Origin: Alphaproteobacteria bacterium
GTDB lineage: Bacteria > Pseudomonadota > Alphaproteobacteria > UBA6615
Direction of reading: 5' to 3'
DNA: 50,931 nt
NCBI GenBank assembly: GCA_003230015.1
Contig: QIGO01000189.1
Coordinates: 1 to 50,931, forward strand
Shown here piece by piece: positions 29,420 through 38,768 of this stretch. The stretch's first letter is position 1. Each line of letters starts with the position of its first letter. The notes under the pieces were generated by a model. The model searched no databases. It worked only from the letters and a program-made list of their open reading frames with translations, and was not told the origin of the DNA. A program made the translations under genes and the position numbers.

Positions 29420-29725
29420 CGTCCGTTTCCCTGGTTCGTCGCATCGAGCACTCCCGACCGGACTCGCCGGTCCTTGAGCAAGACCAATTTAACTAATGAC
29501 CAAGTATATATACGGCGCTCTATTTGGGAAATGACAGGGTAACCGGCCACGTCGCCTCGCCCCGCAAACAAAACCATCAGTTAGACGTCGCACCGAAGCT
29601 CCAATGATGAGATTAGATTGACGTATGTTACCCGCTATCCACTACTGACCGCCATGACGTAAAAGAATAGAATTGATCTATGCGCGAGCCAAAGCTCGTA
29701 AGGCAGCGGAAAAGGCAAGTCGCTC

Positions 29726-30505
29726 ATGCTCATCGCCCAGATCACCGACTTCCACATCTCCGAACCCGCCGGCAAGCCCGAGATGCTATACAGGACTGCC
29801 GACCACTTGGTCGCGGCGGTCGCACACCTCAACGCGCTCGACCCTCGACCCGACCTCGTATTCGCTACGGGCGACCTCGTGGACCTCGGAACGGTCGCCG
29901 AATACGAGCGGGTTCGCAGCCTGTTGGCTCCGCTGGCGATTCCGGTGCACCTACTTGCCGGCAACCACGACAATCGGCAGACCCTGCGGGCGGTATTCTC
30001 AGACCATGCATATCTGCAGGCTGACGGTCCGTTCCTCCAATACGCTCTCGAGGACGGTCCCCTCCGCATTATTGTACTGGACACCCTCATTCCGGGCAGG
30101 AGTGGCGGCGGGCTCTGTGATTCGCGACTGGATTGGTTCGAGGCACGCCTCGCGGAGGCACCTGACCGACCAACACTCGTCTTTATGCACCATCCTCCAC
30201 TAGTGAGTGGAATCGAAGTCTTCGACGAACACGGGTATATCGAGGACAAGGAGAAACTTGGTGCCATTGTTGCCCGGTTCCCAAACATCGAGCGCATCGC
30301 CTGCGGCCACCTACACCGGCCGGTAACCGTTCGCTGGCAGGGCACCGTGGTTAGCGTGGCGCCGGGCACCGCACATCAGTATGGCTTCGACCTAAGCGCC
30401 GGCGCCGACCTCTCAGTCGTCATGGAACCACGAGTCGTTCAGCTCCACTTGTGGAGCGAACGGACCGGCCTGGTCTCCCATACGTCCTACATCGGCGAAT
30501 TCTAA
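29726..30505 (+). CDS. Metallophosphoesterase, CpdA/GpdQ-like phosphodiesterase
   Basis: QITDFH, TGDL, GNHD, MHHPP, CGHLHR. Confidence 0.9.
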   Translation: MLIAQITDFHISEPAGKPEMLYRTADHLVAAVAHLNALDPRPDLVFATGDLVDLGTVAEYERVRSLLAPLAIPVHLLAGNHDNRQTLRAVFSDHAYLQADGPFLQYALEDGPLRIIVLDTLIPGRSGGGLCDSRLDWFEARLAEAPDRPTLVFMHHPPLVSGIEVFDEHGYIEDKEKLGAIVARFPNIERIACGHLHRPVTVRWQGTVVSVAPGTAHQYGFDLSAGADLSVVMEPRVVQLHLWSERTGLVSHTSYIGEF

Positions 30506-30716
30506 GGGGGACTCGTCCGTCCCATTCAGGCAATGCAACGCGCGGTGTTGTCAAGTCGCCAAACAGCAGTCGCATAAATATCGGGCAGTCTGCCATTCGC
30601 CTATTTTTGACGCCTGACGTGCTCCCCAAGTCGTCCTCGATCATAAGTTAGTTCTGTTCTGGTTATGGTTCGTTTTTGGCCGGGTTGGCCCAGGCTGCAT
30701 ATCTAGCGCCAAATAG

Positions 30717-31469
30717 CTAAGGCCTCCAGGGAAGAAGGATATTTAGGAGTGAAACGTTGGAGAGGCTGTGACGTTCAGACGCGAGTAACGCGTCCCAGTC
30801 CTGCGACCGTGCGTCGCCGGTACCGATATAGCGTCGCAACCGCAATTCGGCGGCGTGGTCTACAAGGATCATGATACCGCCGGGCCCGGGTAGTCCCGTA
30901 ATCGACAGGGGAACGAGTAGGAGCACGACAATGAGCAATACCAAACTGAAGCCCGGATTGTGTAGTGCCAGGAGCAGGCAAGACTTCAGGGTCGCGGAAA
31001 TATCACCTCGGTTGCGCGAGATCAGCGCAAAGAAAAATAACGACACTTGAACCCACACCGCCAAGACCCAAATGGCAACGAGCAAGGCGGCGCCTCCCAA
31101 GGCATCGCCACTCGAGCGAGCCGCCGTGGCCCCCAGCACCAGAAATGAAACCAAGCCCACGCTTGAGAAGGCCCAAAGCGTTGCTGGAAGCCAAACTTGT
31201 GCCAGCAAGGTTAGGAACCGACCCAGTCCGATTTCCTCGCGGCGAACGATGTCCCGGAGAAGACCGGCGTAGATAGCAAAGATTACAGCAAGAATGGCAG
31301 CAACCACGCCAAGGCTTGCCACGCCGAGGATGACGTTTTGAACCCCTATCCAAATTGCGCCAAAAACGGCAAGAATGGAGGCGATCGAGAAGAGAATATT
31401 GCCTAAGAAAACCACGAAGATGTTTTCCCATAGGCTCAATGCCGATCGTTTTAGAACAATGCCGATCAC
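30717..31469 (-). CDS. Integral membrane accessory protein of the carbohydrate ABC operon (YesL-like)
   Basis: Five or six hydrophobic segments. GTGA overlap with the ATPase stop. Family assignment rests on position only. Confidence 0.65.
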   Translation of the reverse strand: MIGIVLKRSALSLWENIFVVFLGNILFSIASILAVFGAIWIGVQNVILGVASLGVVAAILAVIFAIYAGLLRDIVRREEIGLGRFLTLLAQVWLPATLWAFSSVGLVSFLVLGATAARSSGDALGGAALLVAIWVLAVWVQVSLFFFALISRNRGDISATLKSCLLLALHNPGFSLVLLIVVLLLVPLSITGLPGPGGIMILVDHAAELRLRRYIGTGDARSQDWDALLASERHSLSNVSLLNILLPWRP

Positions 31470-32587
31470 GTCCGTTCACCTGCAATTGCGCTTTGCCCCT
31501 GTCCACGCTGGATGACCTTGCCCGCGTGATCGAAAAAGTGAACATTGTCGGCGTCAAAATCCGCGAAGGCCGGCGTGCCGCGTGGCAAAGCGGCGTCGTT
31601 GTCGGCACCGAGTACCGTGAGCTCCCCAAAAGGCACGGTGAAATAACGGTAACTGCGGTCGCCAAGATGTTCTGTGCCGAGCAGCTCAAACGGATCGATG
31701 CGCACTGCGACGGCACCCGCATGTGCTCCGATTCTGACATGTTCGGGCCGAACCCCCAGGACTTTCGGCTCCCCAACAACCTTATAAGGGAGCGTAAGAA
31801 GCTCTCCGCCGGTCAATATAATCTTCGTTGATTCGTTCCCCAACTCCGCCCGCTCCACTGCAAGAAAGTTCATCGCCGGCGTCCCGACGAAGCCCGCGAC
31901 GAACCTGTTGGTCGGGCGCTGATAGACCGCTAAGGGCGCGCCCACTTGTTCGATGATGCCATCGTGCATGACCACGACCCGGTCAGCCAGCGTCATTGCC
32001 TCGACTTGATCGTGGGTGACGAATACCATTGTTGCGTTGAGTTTCCGCTGCAGGCGCGCGATCTCCAGACGCATCTTACCGCGGAGCTCGGCATCGAGGT
32101 TGCTGAGCGGTTCGTCGAATAGATACACTTTAGGCTGGCGTATCATGGCACGCCCCATGGCGACTCGCTGGCGCTGCCCGCCAGATAGGTCGCGCGGCAA
32201 CCGATCCAGCAACTCGTCCAACTGCAAGATTCTTGCCGCCTCACGCACCTTCCTATCGATGGTGGCTTTGTCCTTGCCTGCCATTTTTAGAGGGAATGCG
32301 ATATTCTTATAGACTGTTTGATGGGGGTACAGGGCGTAGTTTTGAAACACCATTGCGCACCCTCTTTGCGAGGCGTCTGTATCGTTGATATATTCTCCGT
32401 CGATGTAGATATCGCCGTCCGTCACATCCTCCAGGCCGGCAATCATCCGCAGCAGTGTGGACTTACCGCAGCCAGATGGCCCAAGAAGAACCGTTAGTTC
32501 TCCGGAATTGATTTCAAGATCAATCCCATGGACGACCTCCGTCCGCCCAAACGACTTCCGCACTTTATTGAATGAGACCTGTGCCAT
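31466..32587 (-). CDS. MalK-type carbohydrate ABC ATPase
   Basis: GPSGCGKST, VFQNYALYPH, LSGGQRQR, DEPLSNLD. Confidence 0.93.
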   Translation of the reverse strand: MAQVSFNKVRKSFGRTEVVHGIDLEINSGELTVLLGPSGCGKSTLLRMIAGLEDVTDGDIYIDGEYINDTDASQRGCAMVFQNYALYPHQTVYKNIAFPLKMAGKDKATIDRKVREAARILQLDELLDRLPRDLSGGQRQRVAMGRAMIRQPKVYLFDEPLSNLDAELRGKMRLEIARLQRKLNATMVFVTHDQVEAMTLADRVVVMHDGIIEQVGAPLAVYQRPTNRFVAGFVGTPAMNFLAVERAELGNESTKIILTGGELLTLPYKVVGEPKVLGVRPEHVRIGAHAGAVAVRIDPFELLGTEHLGDRSYRYFTVPFGELTVLGADNDAALPRGTPAFADFDADNVHFFDHAGKVIQRGQGQSAIAGERT

Positions 32588-32592
32588 AACAA

Positions 32593-33597
32593 TTACCCTT
32601 TGACTGCACCGGCCATGGCGGAACGGATAAAGAGTTTCTGAAAAATGAAATACACCACAAGTATCGGAATAAGTGACATGAGTACGCCTGAAAACACCGC
32701 TTCAAAATTTCGCCCATAGGCGCCGCCGAGGGTGGCGACAAAGGCGGGTAGCGTGTATTTTTCAGGTGACAAGAACAGAAGCCCTAAAAGGAGGTCATTC
32801 CAGAACAAGGGCATCATGATCGAAGCGAATATGGCAAAAGGTGTCCCCATCAAGGGCAGCAAAATGTACCAAAAATAGTGGTAGTGCTTACCGCCGTCCA
32901 TCGCCACGGACTCCCGCAGAGACTTGGGGATTGCCGCGATGTACGTCGTAAACACCATGGTCGAGAGGGCGCCGCCCTTTATATGGAGAAGTACAATTGC
33001 AAAATAGCTGTCTTGTAATCCTAGGAATTGCGTAACGATAAAATACTGCGGCAGTATCACCATCATTGGCGGAACAATCATGTTCAGTAAATACGAGTTA
33101 TAGACAAACAAATGCCATGGACGGCGAAAGCCGGCCAACGCCGTCCCAGTCATGATCCCGAGAAATCCACCTATGGCGACGGACGAACCGGCGACGACGA
33201 TTGTGCCCCAGAGTGATTTCAGAAACCCGTTGCTAAGAACGACGAAGATTCCGTTATACTGGATGAACGGCCGCAAATATTCCTCAAGTTCTCCCGCATC
33301 TATGCCTTGGCGCTCGGCCAACTGTTGCAATGTCAACCGAGGGTCGATGTAGCCCTTGAGGCCAAAATCCTTTTTCAGTTTGGTAATGTCGATGTTGTTT
33401 ACGCTGGCGAGGTTGCCGAGCCGCGCATTCATTTGCACTTCGGGGCGTTCGGGTATCCAGAAATAGAATTCTCCCGATTTCAAGGTGGGCGTGAATGAGC
33501 GAATGACAAGGAAGTAGAATGGCACCAAGCTGATCGCGCAATAGAAGGCAAGAATAGCGGCGATCGACAGGTTTTTGAGGCGTTTTTTGCGTTCCAT
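32593..33597 (-). CDS. Carbohydrate ABC permease (MalG-type) with an enlarged loop after TM1
   Basis: IPKSLRESVAMDG, WNDLL, FQK.FI...AGAVKG, plus a hydrophilic insertion after TM1. Confidence 0.88.
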   Translation of the reverse strand: MERKKRLKNLSIAAILAFYCAISLVPFYFLVIRSFTPTLKSGEFYFWIPERPEVQMNARLGNLASVNNIDITKLKKDFGLKGYIDPRLTLQQLAERQGIDAGELEEYLRPFIQYNGIFVVLSNGFLKSLWGTIVVAGSSVAIGGFLGIMTGTALAGFRRPWHLFVYNSYLLNMIVPPMMVILPQYFIVTQFLGLQDSYFAIVLLHIKGGALSTMVFTTYIAAIPKSLRESVAMDGGKHYHYFWYILLPLMGTPFAIFASIMMPLFWNDLLLGLLFLSPEKYTLPAFVATLGGAYGRNFEAVFSGVLMSLIPILVVYFIFQKLFIRSAMAGAVKG

Positions 33598-33598
33598 G

Positions 33599-34597
33599 TC
33601 AATGATACTGCATTTTTTTCTGCAGCTTGTTCAAATAGAAGGCGACGGAGACGAGAGGCAAAAACACGACGAGAGATACCGCGATGCCTTGCGCCAAAGT
33701 GCCGGTCTTTGCACCGAAATTTTGAGACGTGGCGAAACCGAGCTCATATATGAGAATTGAAAGAAATCGTGCATCGGTGTTGCCGGCCAGACCACCGAGA
33801 CCGACAAGTTCGTCAAATATTCCAAAACCGCCTATCAGCGCGAAGATCGTCGCGATGATGATGCTTGGCCGCATTTGCGGGATATAGACATAAGCGACCC
33901 GCTTGACATAGTTGGCGCCGTCCATCTTCGCAGATTCTATGGTTTCCCGGGGAATGGATAGAAGGCCGCCGAGAAACAGCGCCATGTTAAACCCGGCCGT
34001 CTTCCAGCCGTAAATGACCGGTAGGCCAAATACGCTTGCGGCCTCGCCGCGAACGTCGAAAGTGTTTTTTCCGAGACCTAACGCCTGGATCGCCAGGTTC
34101 GCCGTGCCGGTGTCGCGGGTGAACAACATGATCATGAGAAGGCCGATACCGACGCCCGAAACCATCCACGGCATGTATATGATTGTAAAGAAGGCTCCCT
34201 TGAATTTCGACGAAAGCTCGTACATGGCGAGAGCCAGAAGAAAACCGAAGGCAAAAACCATAATATAGTTGACGAGGGTAAACAGCGCTGTACGACGCAG
34301 TGTCGCAAAGAAGATATCGCGCATCGGTTCCTGGAATAGTGAAACGATGTTCCTCATGCCGACAACGTCTATGTCCCGATCCAGGAAATCGATTTGGTCC
34401 GTGAACACGATTGGCAACGCCACAACGAACGGCACGACCAGCAGGCCGATGTAGAGCGCGTATTGTGGGCCCGCGTACAGCAGATCGACGAGAAATTCGC
34501 GGAAAAGCCGTGATCGCTTGGCTCGCTTCTTGGTGCGTGCGCTGGGGAGAAGCCGGCGCCCCTCCCCAACGTCTTGAACTACCTGCTGTGTAGGCAT
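33599..34597 (-). CDS. Carbohydrate ABC permease (MalF-type)
   Basis: WKTAGFN, IPRETIESAKMDGA, six TM segments. Confidence 0.9.
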   Translation of the reverse strand: MPTQQVVQDVGEGRRLLPSARTKKRAKRSRLFREFLVDLLYAGPQYALYIGLLVVPFVVALPIVFTDQIDFLDRDIDVVGMRNIVSLFQEPMRDIFFATLRRTALFTLVNYIMVFAFGFLLALAMYELSSKFKGAFFTIIYMPWMVSGVGIGLLMIMLFTRDTGTANLAIQALGLGKNTFDVRGEAASVFGLPVIYGWKTAGFNMALFLGGLLSIPRETIESAKMDGANYVKRVAYVYIPQMRPSIIIATIFALIGGFGIFDELVGLGGLAGNTDARFLSILIYELGFATSQNFGAKTGTLAQGIAVSLVVFLPLVSVAFYLNKLQKKMQYH

Positions 34598-34639
34598 GCG
34601 ACTTGTATCAACACGTCCAACCTCGGCAGTAGCTTGGCA

Positions 34640-35995
34640 TTATCCGGCTTGGTATGCCCGTTCCCAGCGTTTCTGCAGAATGGCCAGCGTATCTTCTAGC
34701 GTCGTCCGGCCTTCCAGATAGTCGGCATAGATCTCGGCCATCTGATTGTCCTGCAATGGCCGCGGTGTACCGCTGATGCGCATCCTTTCCGCCGCGCAGC
34801 GCCCGCACAGACTGTAGTCGAATTTGGCACCTCCATAGACCTGGCCGTCAAGGACAGGCTTGATGACCTTGACATACTGGTCGTTGGTCAGGTCGGCGCC
34901 ACCGACTGAACTCAGATCCATTGCCGGGACAAATCCGATCGCCTCGGACCGCAGTTTAACGGTCGCCGGGCTGTTCCACCAATTGAAGAGTTTGACGGCC
35001 TCGGCGAATTCGGGATCATCTTGCCTCTGCGCATAGAGAACCGAGCCATAGTCGCTTGTGACCTCGGGTCCCCAGATCTTACCGTCGCGGTTCGGTGGCC
35101 AGAAGAAACCGTCGAGTTGGGCGTCGGCGTCGACCGCCTGTACTTTGTCGAACAGCCACGGGCCATGGAAAGTCAAGATGGACCGGCGGGAGATAAAGCT
35201 GGCTTCGAACTCCTGTTCCCAATTCCGGGTCCACCAGCGCTCCGGCATATAGCCTTTGTCGTAAAACTCCTTCAGTGTGCGGAAATACTTGGTCATTGGG
35301 TTCTTATCGACGTCATCCCAGCGAATCTTGCCCGTGTAAAGGTCGCGGATTTCCTGCTTGGTCGCGCCAAGGCCCACCGACCACACCTCTGGATTGAAAC
35401 GGCCCCAGGCTCCCGGAAGCCAGCCGGCGTCGATGACGTATTCAATATCAGGGTTGCCATCAACATAGACCTTCAAGTCCGCCAGGAACTGCATGAAGTC
35501 ATCCAGATTTTGGATGCTCTTTGGATCCAACCCTGCTTTCTCCATTTCATCGGCGTAGTAGATGAAGCTACGGAACGGATTGGTGCGAACGTTCAGTGCT
35601 GGCTGAACGCCGTCGATACCGGTGACCCCCTCGAACGCCCCGGCGCCATCGTAGGACAGCGCGCCAAAATTCTCGATGTCGTCCCGTTCAAGCAGGTTCA
35701 CATAGGTCTTGTAGTTGTCGGCGTCGGGATAAACGAGGTCGCGAATATAGGGCGCGCCGCCGGCGGCGATTCGGGCCTCGAATGCCGCTTCGGTGTCCTC
35801 ATTCACGGACGATAGGTTGATCGTGACGTTCGGGTTCTCTTCCTCATAGAGGTCAAGTATGCCCCGAAACTGGGCCGAGTATTCGCCTTCGGTGACTACG
35901 AATGTGAGTTCGACAGGCTGCTGGCCGAGTGCCGGCAAACTTGCCATGACACTTGCCAGCAGGCCGCCGACGATCAGAATGGGAATAGACTTCAT
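34640..35995 (-). CDS. Carbohydrate ABC extracellular solute-binding protein
   Basis: Signal peptide, YEEENPNVTI, EKAGLDP, HGPW. First gene of the ABC operon. Confidence 0.85.
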   Translation of the reverse strand: MKSIPILIVGGLLASVMASLPALGQQPVELTFVVTEGEYSAQFRGILDLYEEENPNVTINLSSVNEDTEAAFEARIAAGGAPYIRDLVYPDADNYKTYVNLLERDDIENFGALSYDGAGAFEGVTGIDGVQPALNVRTNPFRSFIYYADEMEKAGLDPKSIQNLDDFMQFLADLKVYVDGNPDIEYVIDAGWLPGAWGRFNPEVWSVGLGATKQEIRDLYTGKIRWDDVDKNPMTKYFRTLKEFYDKGYMPERWWTRNWEQEFEASFISRRSILTFHGPWLFDKVQAVDADAQLDGFFWPPNRDGKIWGPEVTSDYGSVLYAQRQDDPEFAEAVKLFNWWNSPATVKLRSEAIGFVPAMDLSSVGGADLTNDQYVKVIKPVLDGQVYGGAKFDYSLCGRCAAERMRISGTPRPLQDNQMAEIYADYLEGRTTLEDTLAILQKRWERAYQAG

Positions 35996-36183
35996 TTGCG
36001 CGTTCTCCCAGTAAACTAGCGTGCCAACCCTCTTTGCCGGGGTCTTGCATGATTCATATATAGGTTTATAGCATTATACTCTCGGAACGCACAAGGCCGG
36101 GCCAAGCGCATCAATGCGGCGGCGGCATCCGGACACACCATGTTTGACGCGTCGGGTTGCGCGTTGGCGCGCCGGTTTGTTTG

Positions 36184-37020
36184 TTATGCGACGCGACCCG
36201 TGACTTGACGAAAAAACGGCTCGGCTACTTTTAGGAATGCGTTCGGATCCTCCCAGAGGACCATTGCGTTGAGCCGCGACAGTGTGACCAGACGGGCATT
36301 GGGGATTTTTCGCGCCACCGCCTTGGCCATCTCTGCGGTCGGTCCGGCATTCCAGCGGTTGCGTCCAAACGCCACCAGGAGAGTAGGCGCCTCGATCCGG
36401 CCGAATTCCGCCGTCGTTAGCCATTCCCGCTGGATTGCGCGATCCCATTTCATCATTGTTTCAGCGTCAAGTTTTAGGAACGGATCATGGCTCGCACGCG
36501 CGATGGCCAGCCGCTCGACCTCTTCGAAATGGTCGTCGACAAACTCTGCGCTCATCGTGGACATGAACCAGTAGAACGCATAAAGCTCTCGGTCCGGCTG
36601 CTCAAACATCACGCGGCGAAACGCCAGGAATTTCTCGGTAACCCGCATGTCCTGACCTGAGTGAAAAGGTCCCACCGCAGTGCAAGAAAGTACACGCTCC
36701 GGGTATTCGACGGCGCACCGTAAGGCAATGTGGGATCCGCCGACCCACCCCAGAATATGAAACTGCTTGGCATTCAGCGCCTCCGCCACCTCGACGCAGG
36801 CTTTGGCGAATGAACCGAACATGGCCTTTGGCCGGTCCAGCACGCTATCTTTGGGCAGAGGGAGGCCGACGGCCGCCAGACTGAAGGCCTCTGCCAGCCT
36901 AGGCCAGATTCTGTCCCAGACATGGCTGCCGGGTTGTGCCATCCGGACCAGAAGCATTAGAGGTTTGCCCGGCTGTAGCGAGTAGGCTACCTCCGTGTCG
37001 CCGAGCTTCAATATTTGCAT
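36184..37020 (-). CDS. Alpha/beta-hydrolase fold protein lacking the canonical catalytic Ser and His
   Basis: Fold hallmarks: WDRIWPRLAEAF, HILGWVGGS, A.EYPERV.S, I.APTLLV.G, IPNARLV..., EDP. Confidence 0.8.
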   Translation of the reverse strand: MQILKLGDTEVAYSLQPGKPLMLLVRMAQPGSHVWDRIWPRLAEAFSLAAVGLPLPKDSVLDRPKAMFGSFAKACVEVAEALNAKQFHILGWVGGSHIALRCAVEYPERVLSCTAVGPFHSGQDMRVTEKFLAFRRVMFEQPDRELYAFYWFMSTMSAEFVDDHFEEVERLAIARASHDPFLKLDAETMMKWDRAIQREWLTTAEFGRIEAPTLLVAFGRNRWNAGPTAEMAKAVARKIPNARLVTLSRLNAMVLWEDPNAFLKVAEPFFRQVTGRVA

Positions 37021-37126
37021 GTAATACCGACCCCTCTCCCTTAATATGAAGCTATATATGTCTTAAAGGGGATGGATTTGTGTTAGATATGGATGGTGAA
37101 ATCTTCGTGGTGGCAAGGGATAACCC

Positions 37127-37885
37127 ATGAGTTCGACGGGCGAGTTGTTTACGCGATTGTTCGACCAGCAGACAACGTCTGGTGCGCCGAAATATTTCGC
37201 ACTTCGCGGTGCGATCTTGAAGATGATCGAACAGAAACATTGGCAGGTTGGCGACAAGCTTCCGCCTGAGCAGGCCATGACAAAGCTGACCGGAATCAGT
37301 CTGGGAACCGTTCAGAAGGCACTTGGTTCGCTGGCCGATGACGGTTTGCTTTTTCGCGAGCAGGGTCGAGGCACGTTCGTCGCATCGCCCGAGATGCAGC
37401 TGCGCGACCCATGGCATTTTCGCTTTCTCAACGAGGCAGGGGACGCCCTGTTGCCGGTCTACACACGGGCCTTGTCGTGCGAACTCACCGCCGATACCGG
37501 TCCGTGGTCCAGCTTTCTTGGCGAAGACCAGGACGAGTTCGTCCGGATAACGCGTTTGCTGGACGTTAATCGCGAGTTCCGTTGTTACAACCTCTTTTAT
37601 CTTGGTGCGCGGTTGTTCGGCCCGCTGGCGAAGAAATCGCTCGCCAAGCTGCATGGCCGAAACATCAAGCACATTCTGGCGGATGAGTTTGGGGTCGAAA
37701 CACGGCACGTCACCCACCGGCTTCGCGCCGGTCGCTTCGATGCTAAAATACGCGAAATCATCAACTGCCCACGCGGTACGACAGGCTTGATTCTTGAGAT
37801 TTACGGCCAAACGCACAGGCGGAAGCCGTTATACTTCCAACGCACGTTCATTCCACCTTCCGAGCGCTGGTTGGCGGCGTCATAG
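37127..37885 (+). CDS. GntR-family regulator, HutC/UTRA type
   Basis: PKY..L, GDKLPPE, SLGTVQKAL, QGRGTFV, then a beta-rich UTRA-like C-terminus. Confidence 0.88.
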   Translation: MSSTGELFTRLFDQQTTSGAPKYFALRGAILKMIEQKHWQVGDKLPPEQAMTKLTGISLGTVQKALGSLADDGLLFREQGRGTFVASPEMQLRDPWHFRFLNEAGDALLPVYTRALSCELTADTGPWSSFLGEDQDEFVRITRLLDVNREFRCYNLFYLGARLFGPLAKKSLAKLHGRNIKHILADEFGVETRHVTHRLRAGRFDAKIREIINCPRGTTGLILEIYGQTHRRKPLYFQRTFIPPSERWLAAS

Positions 37886-38651
37886 CAGCACGCGACCGAA
37901 CAAGCCCGTCGCGAAGCGCGTTGAAGAGCAGCTTAACATCTGCCGAGTAGGATAACAGGGTAAAGCCAGCCTCGCCCGCTGCCGCCGCGGCCTCGGCGTC
38001 ACCAACCAGCCGGCCGGCGGCTTTGCCGGAAGACCGTGCGGCCTCCACAACGTCCGCCACGGCAGTTTTAAAAGTAGAAGTATCAAACTCCCCCGGCCGG
38101 CCAAGCGACGCGCTAAGGTCTGCGTGGCCGAGCCAAACACAGTCCACGCCCTGGACTGACGCGATGGACTTCGCGTTCTTGACGCCGTCAACCGTCTCGA
38201 TCTGAGCAAACACGGCGGTTTCGAGGTTCGCCCGACTTAAGTTCTCGACCATTGCTATGGAACGGTAACGATCGTGTCCGATCTGTTGCGCAATTCCTCT
38301 TGCCCCTGCCGGGTGGTACTTTGCGGAGTGGACAATTTCGGCTGCTGCCGCTTCGGAGCCGACCATGGGAACCATGATCGCGTCCGCGCCGACATCGAGC
38401 GCCCGGCCAATATGCTCGCCGGGTGCTGGAATTCGAACGACGCACGCCAGATCGGCGGCCTCGAAATACCTCACAACACGCTTCAGCTCACCATAGTCCA
38501 ACCCACTATGTTCCATGTCGACAATGGCGAAGTCGCAACCCGCCTGCCGAAGAATATGACCGATCCCCGGCGTAAAAAACTCGAAAATCAAGGTGCCTAT
38601 CAGCGGTTTGGATCTATTCGTGACGCGGCTGCGGAAGCTTTCTTTCAACAC
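37848..38651 (-). CDS. HpcH/HpaI family class II pyruvate aldolase
   Basis: DMEHS, VVRIP, LDVGA..IMVPMV, QIET, G.ADLS.SLG. Confidence 0.9.
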   Translation of the reverse strand: MLKESFRSRVTNRSKPLIGTLIFEFFTPGIGHILRQAGCDFAIVDMEHSGLDYGELKRVVRYFEAADLACVVRIPAPGEHIGRALDVGADAIMVPMVGSEAAAAEIVHSAKYHPAGARGIAQQIGHDRYRSIAMVENLSRANLETAVFAQIETVDGVKNAKSIASVQGVDCVWLGHADLSASLGRPGEFDTSTFKTAVADVVEAARSSGKAAGRLVGDAEAAAAAGEAGFTLLSYSADVKLLFNALRDGLVRSRAAMTPPTSARKVE

Positions 38652-38768
38652 TGGTCTTTATCATCCCTAATCGGCTGGCGGCCCCTTTGACACGCAAATG
38701 TTGCTCTTGCAGGGTTGATAATAACTATATAGCTTAACAGGAAAATCGTCCAGGGCTTCGATGGATAT

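Noticed and set aside
37848-37885. 38-bp convergent overlap of gntR and the aldolase gene as antisense regulation
   Set aside because: Short 3' overlaps are common and nothing else supports a function.
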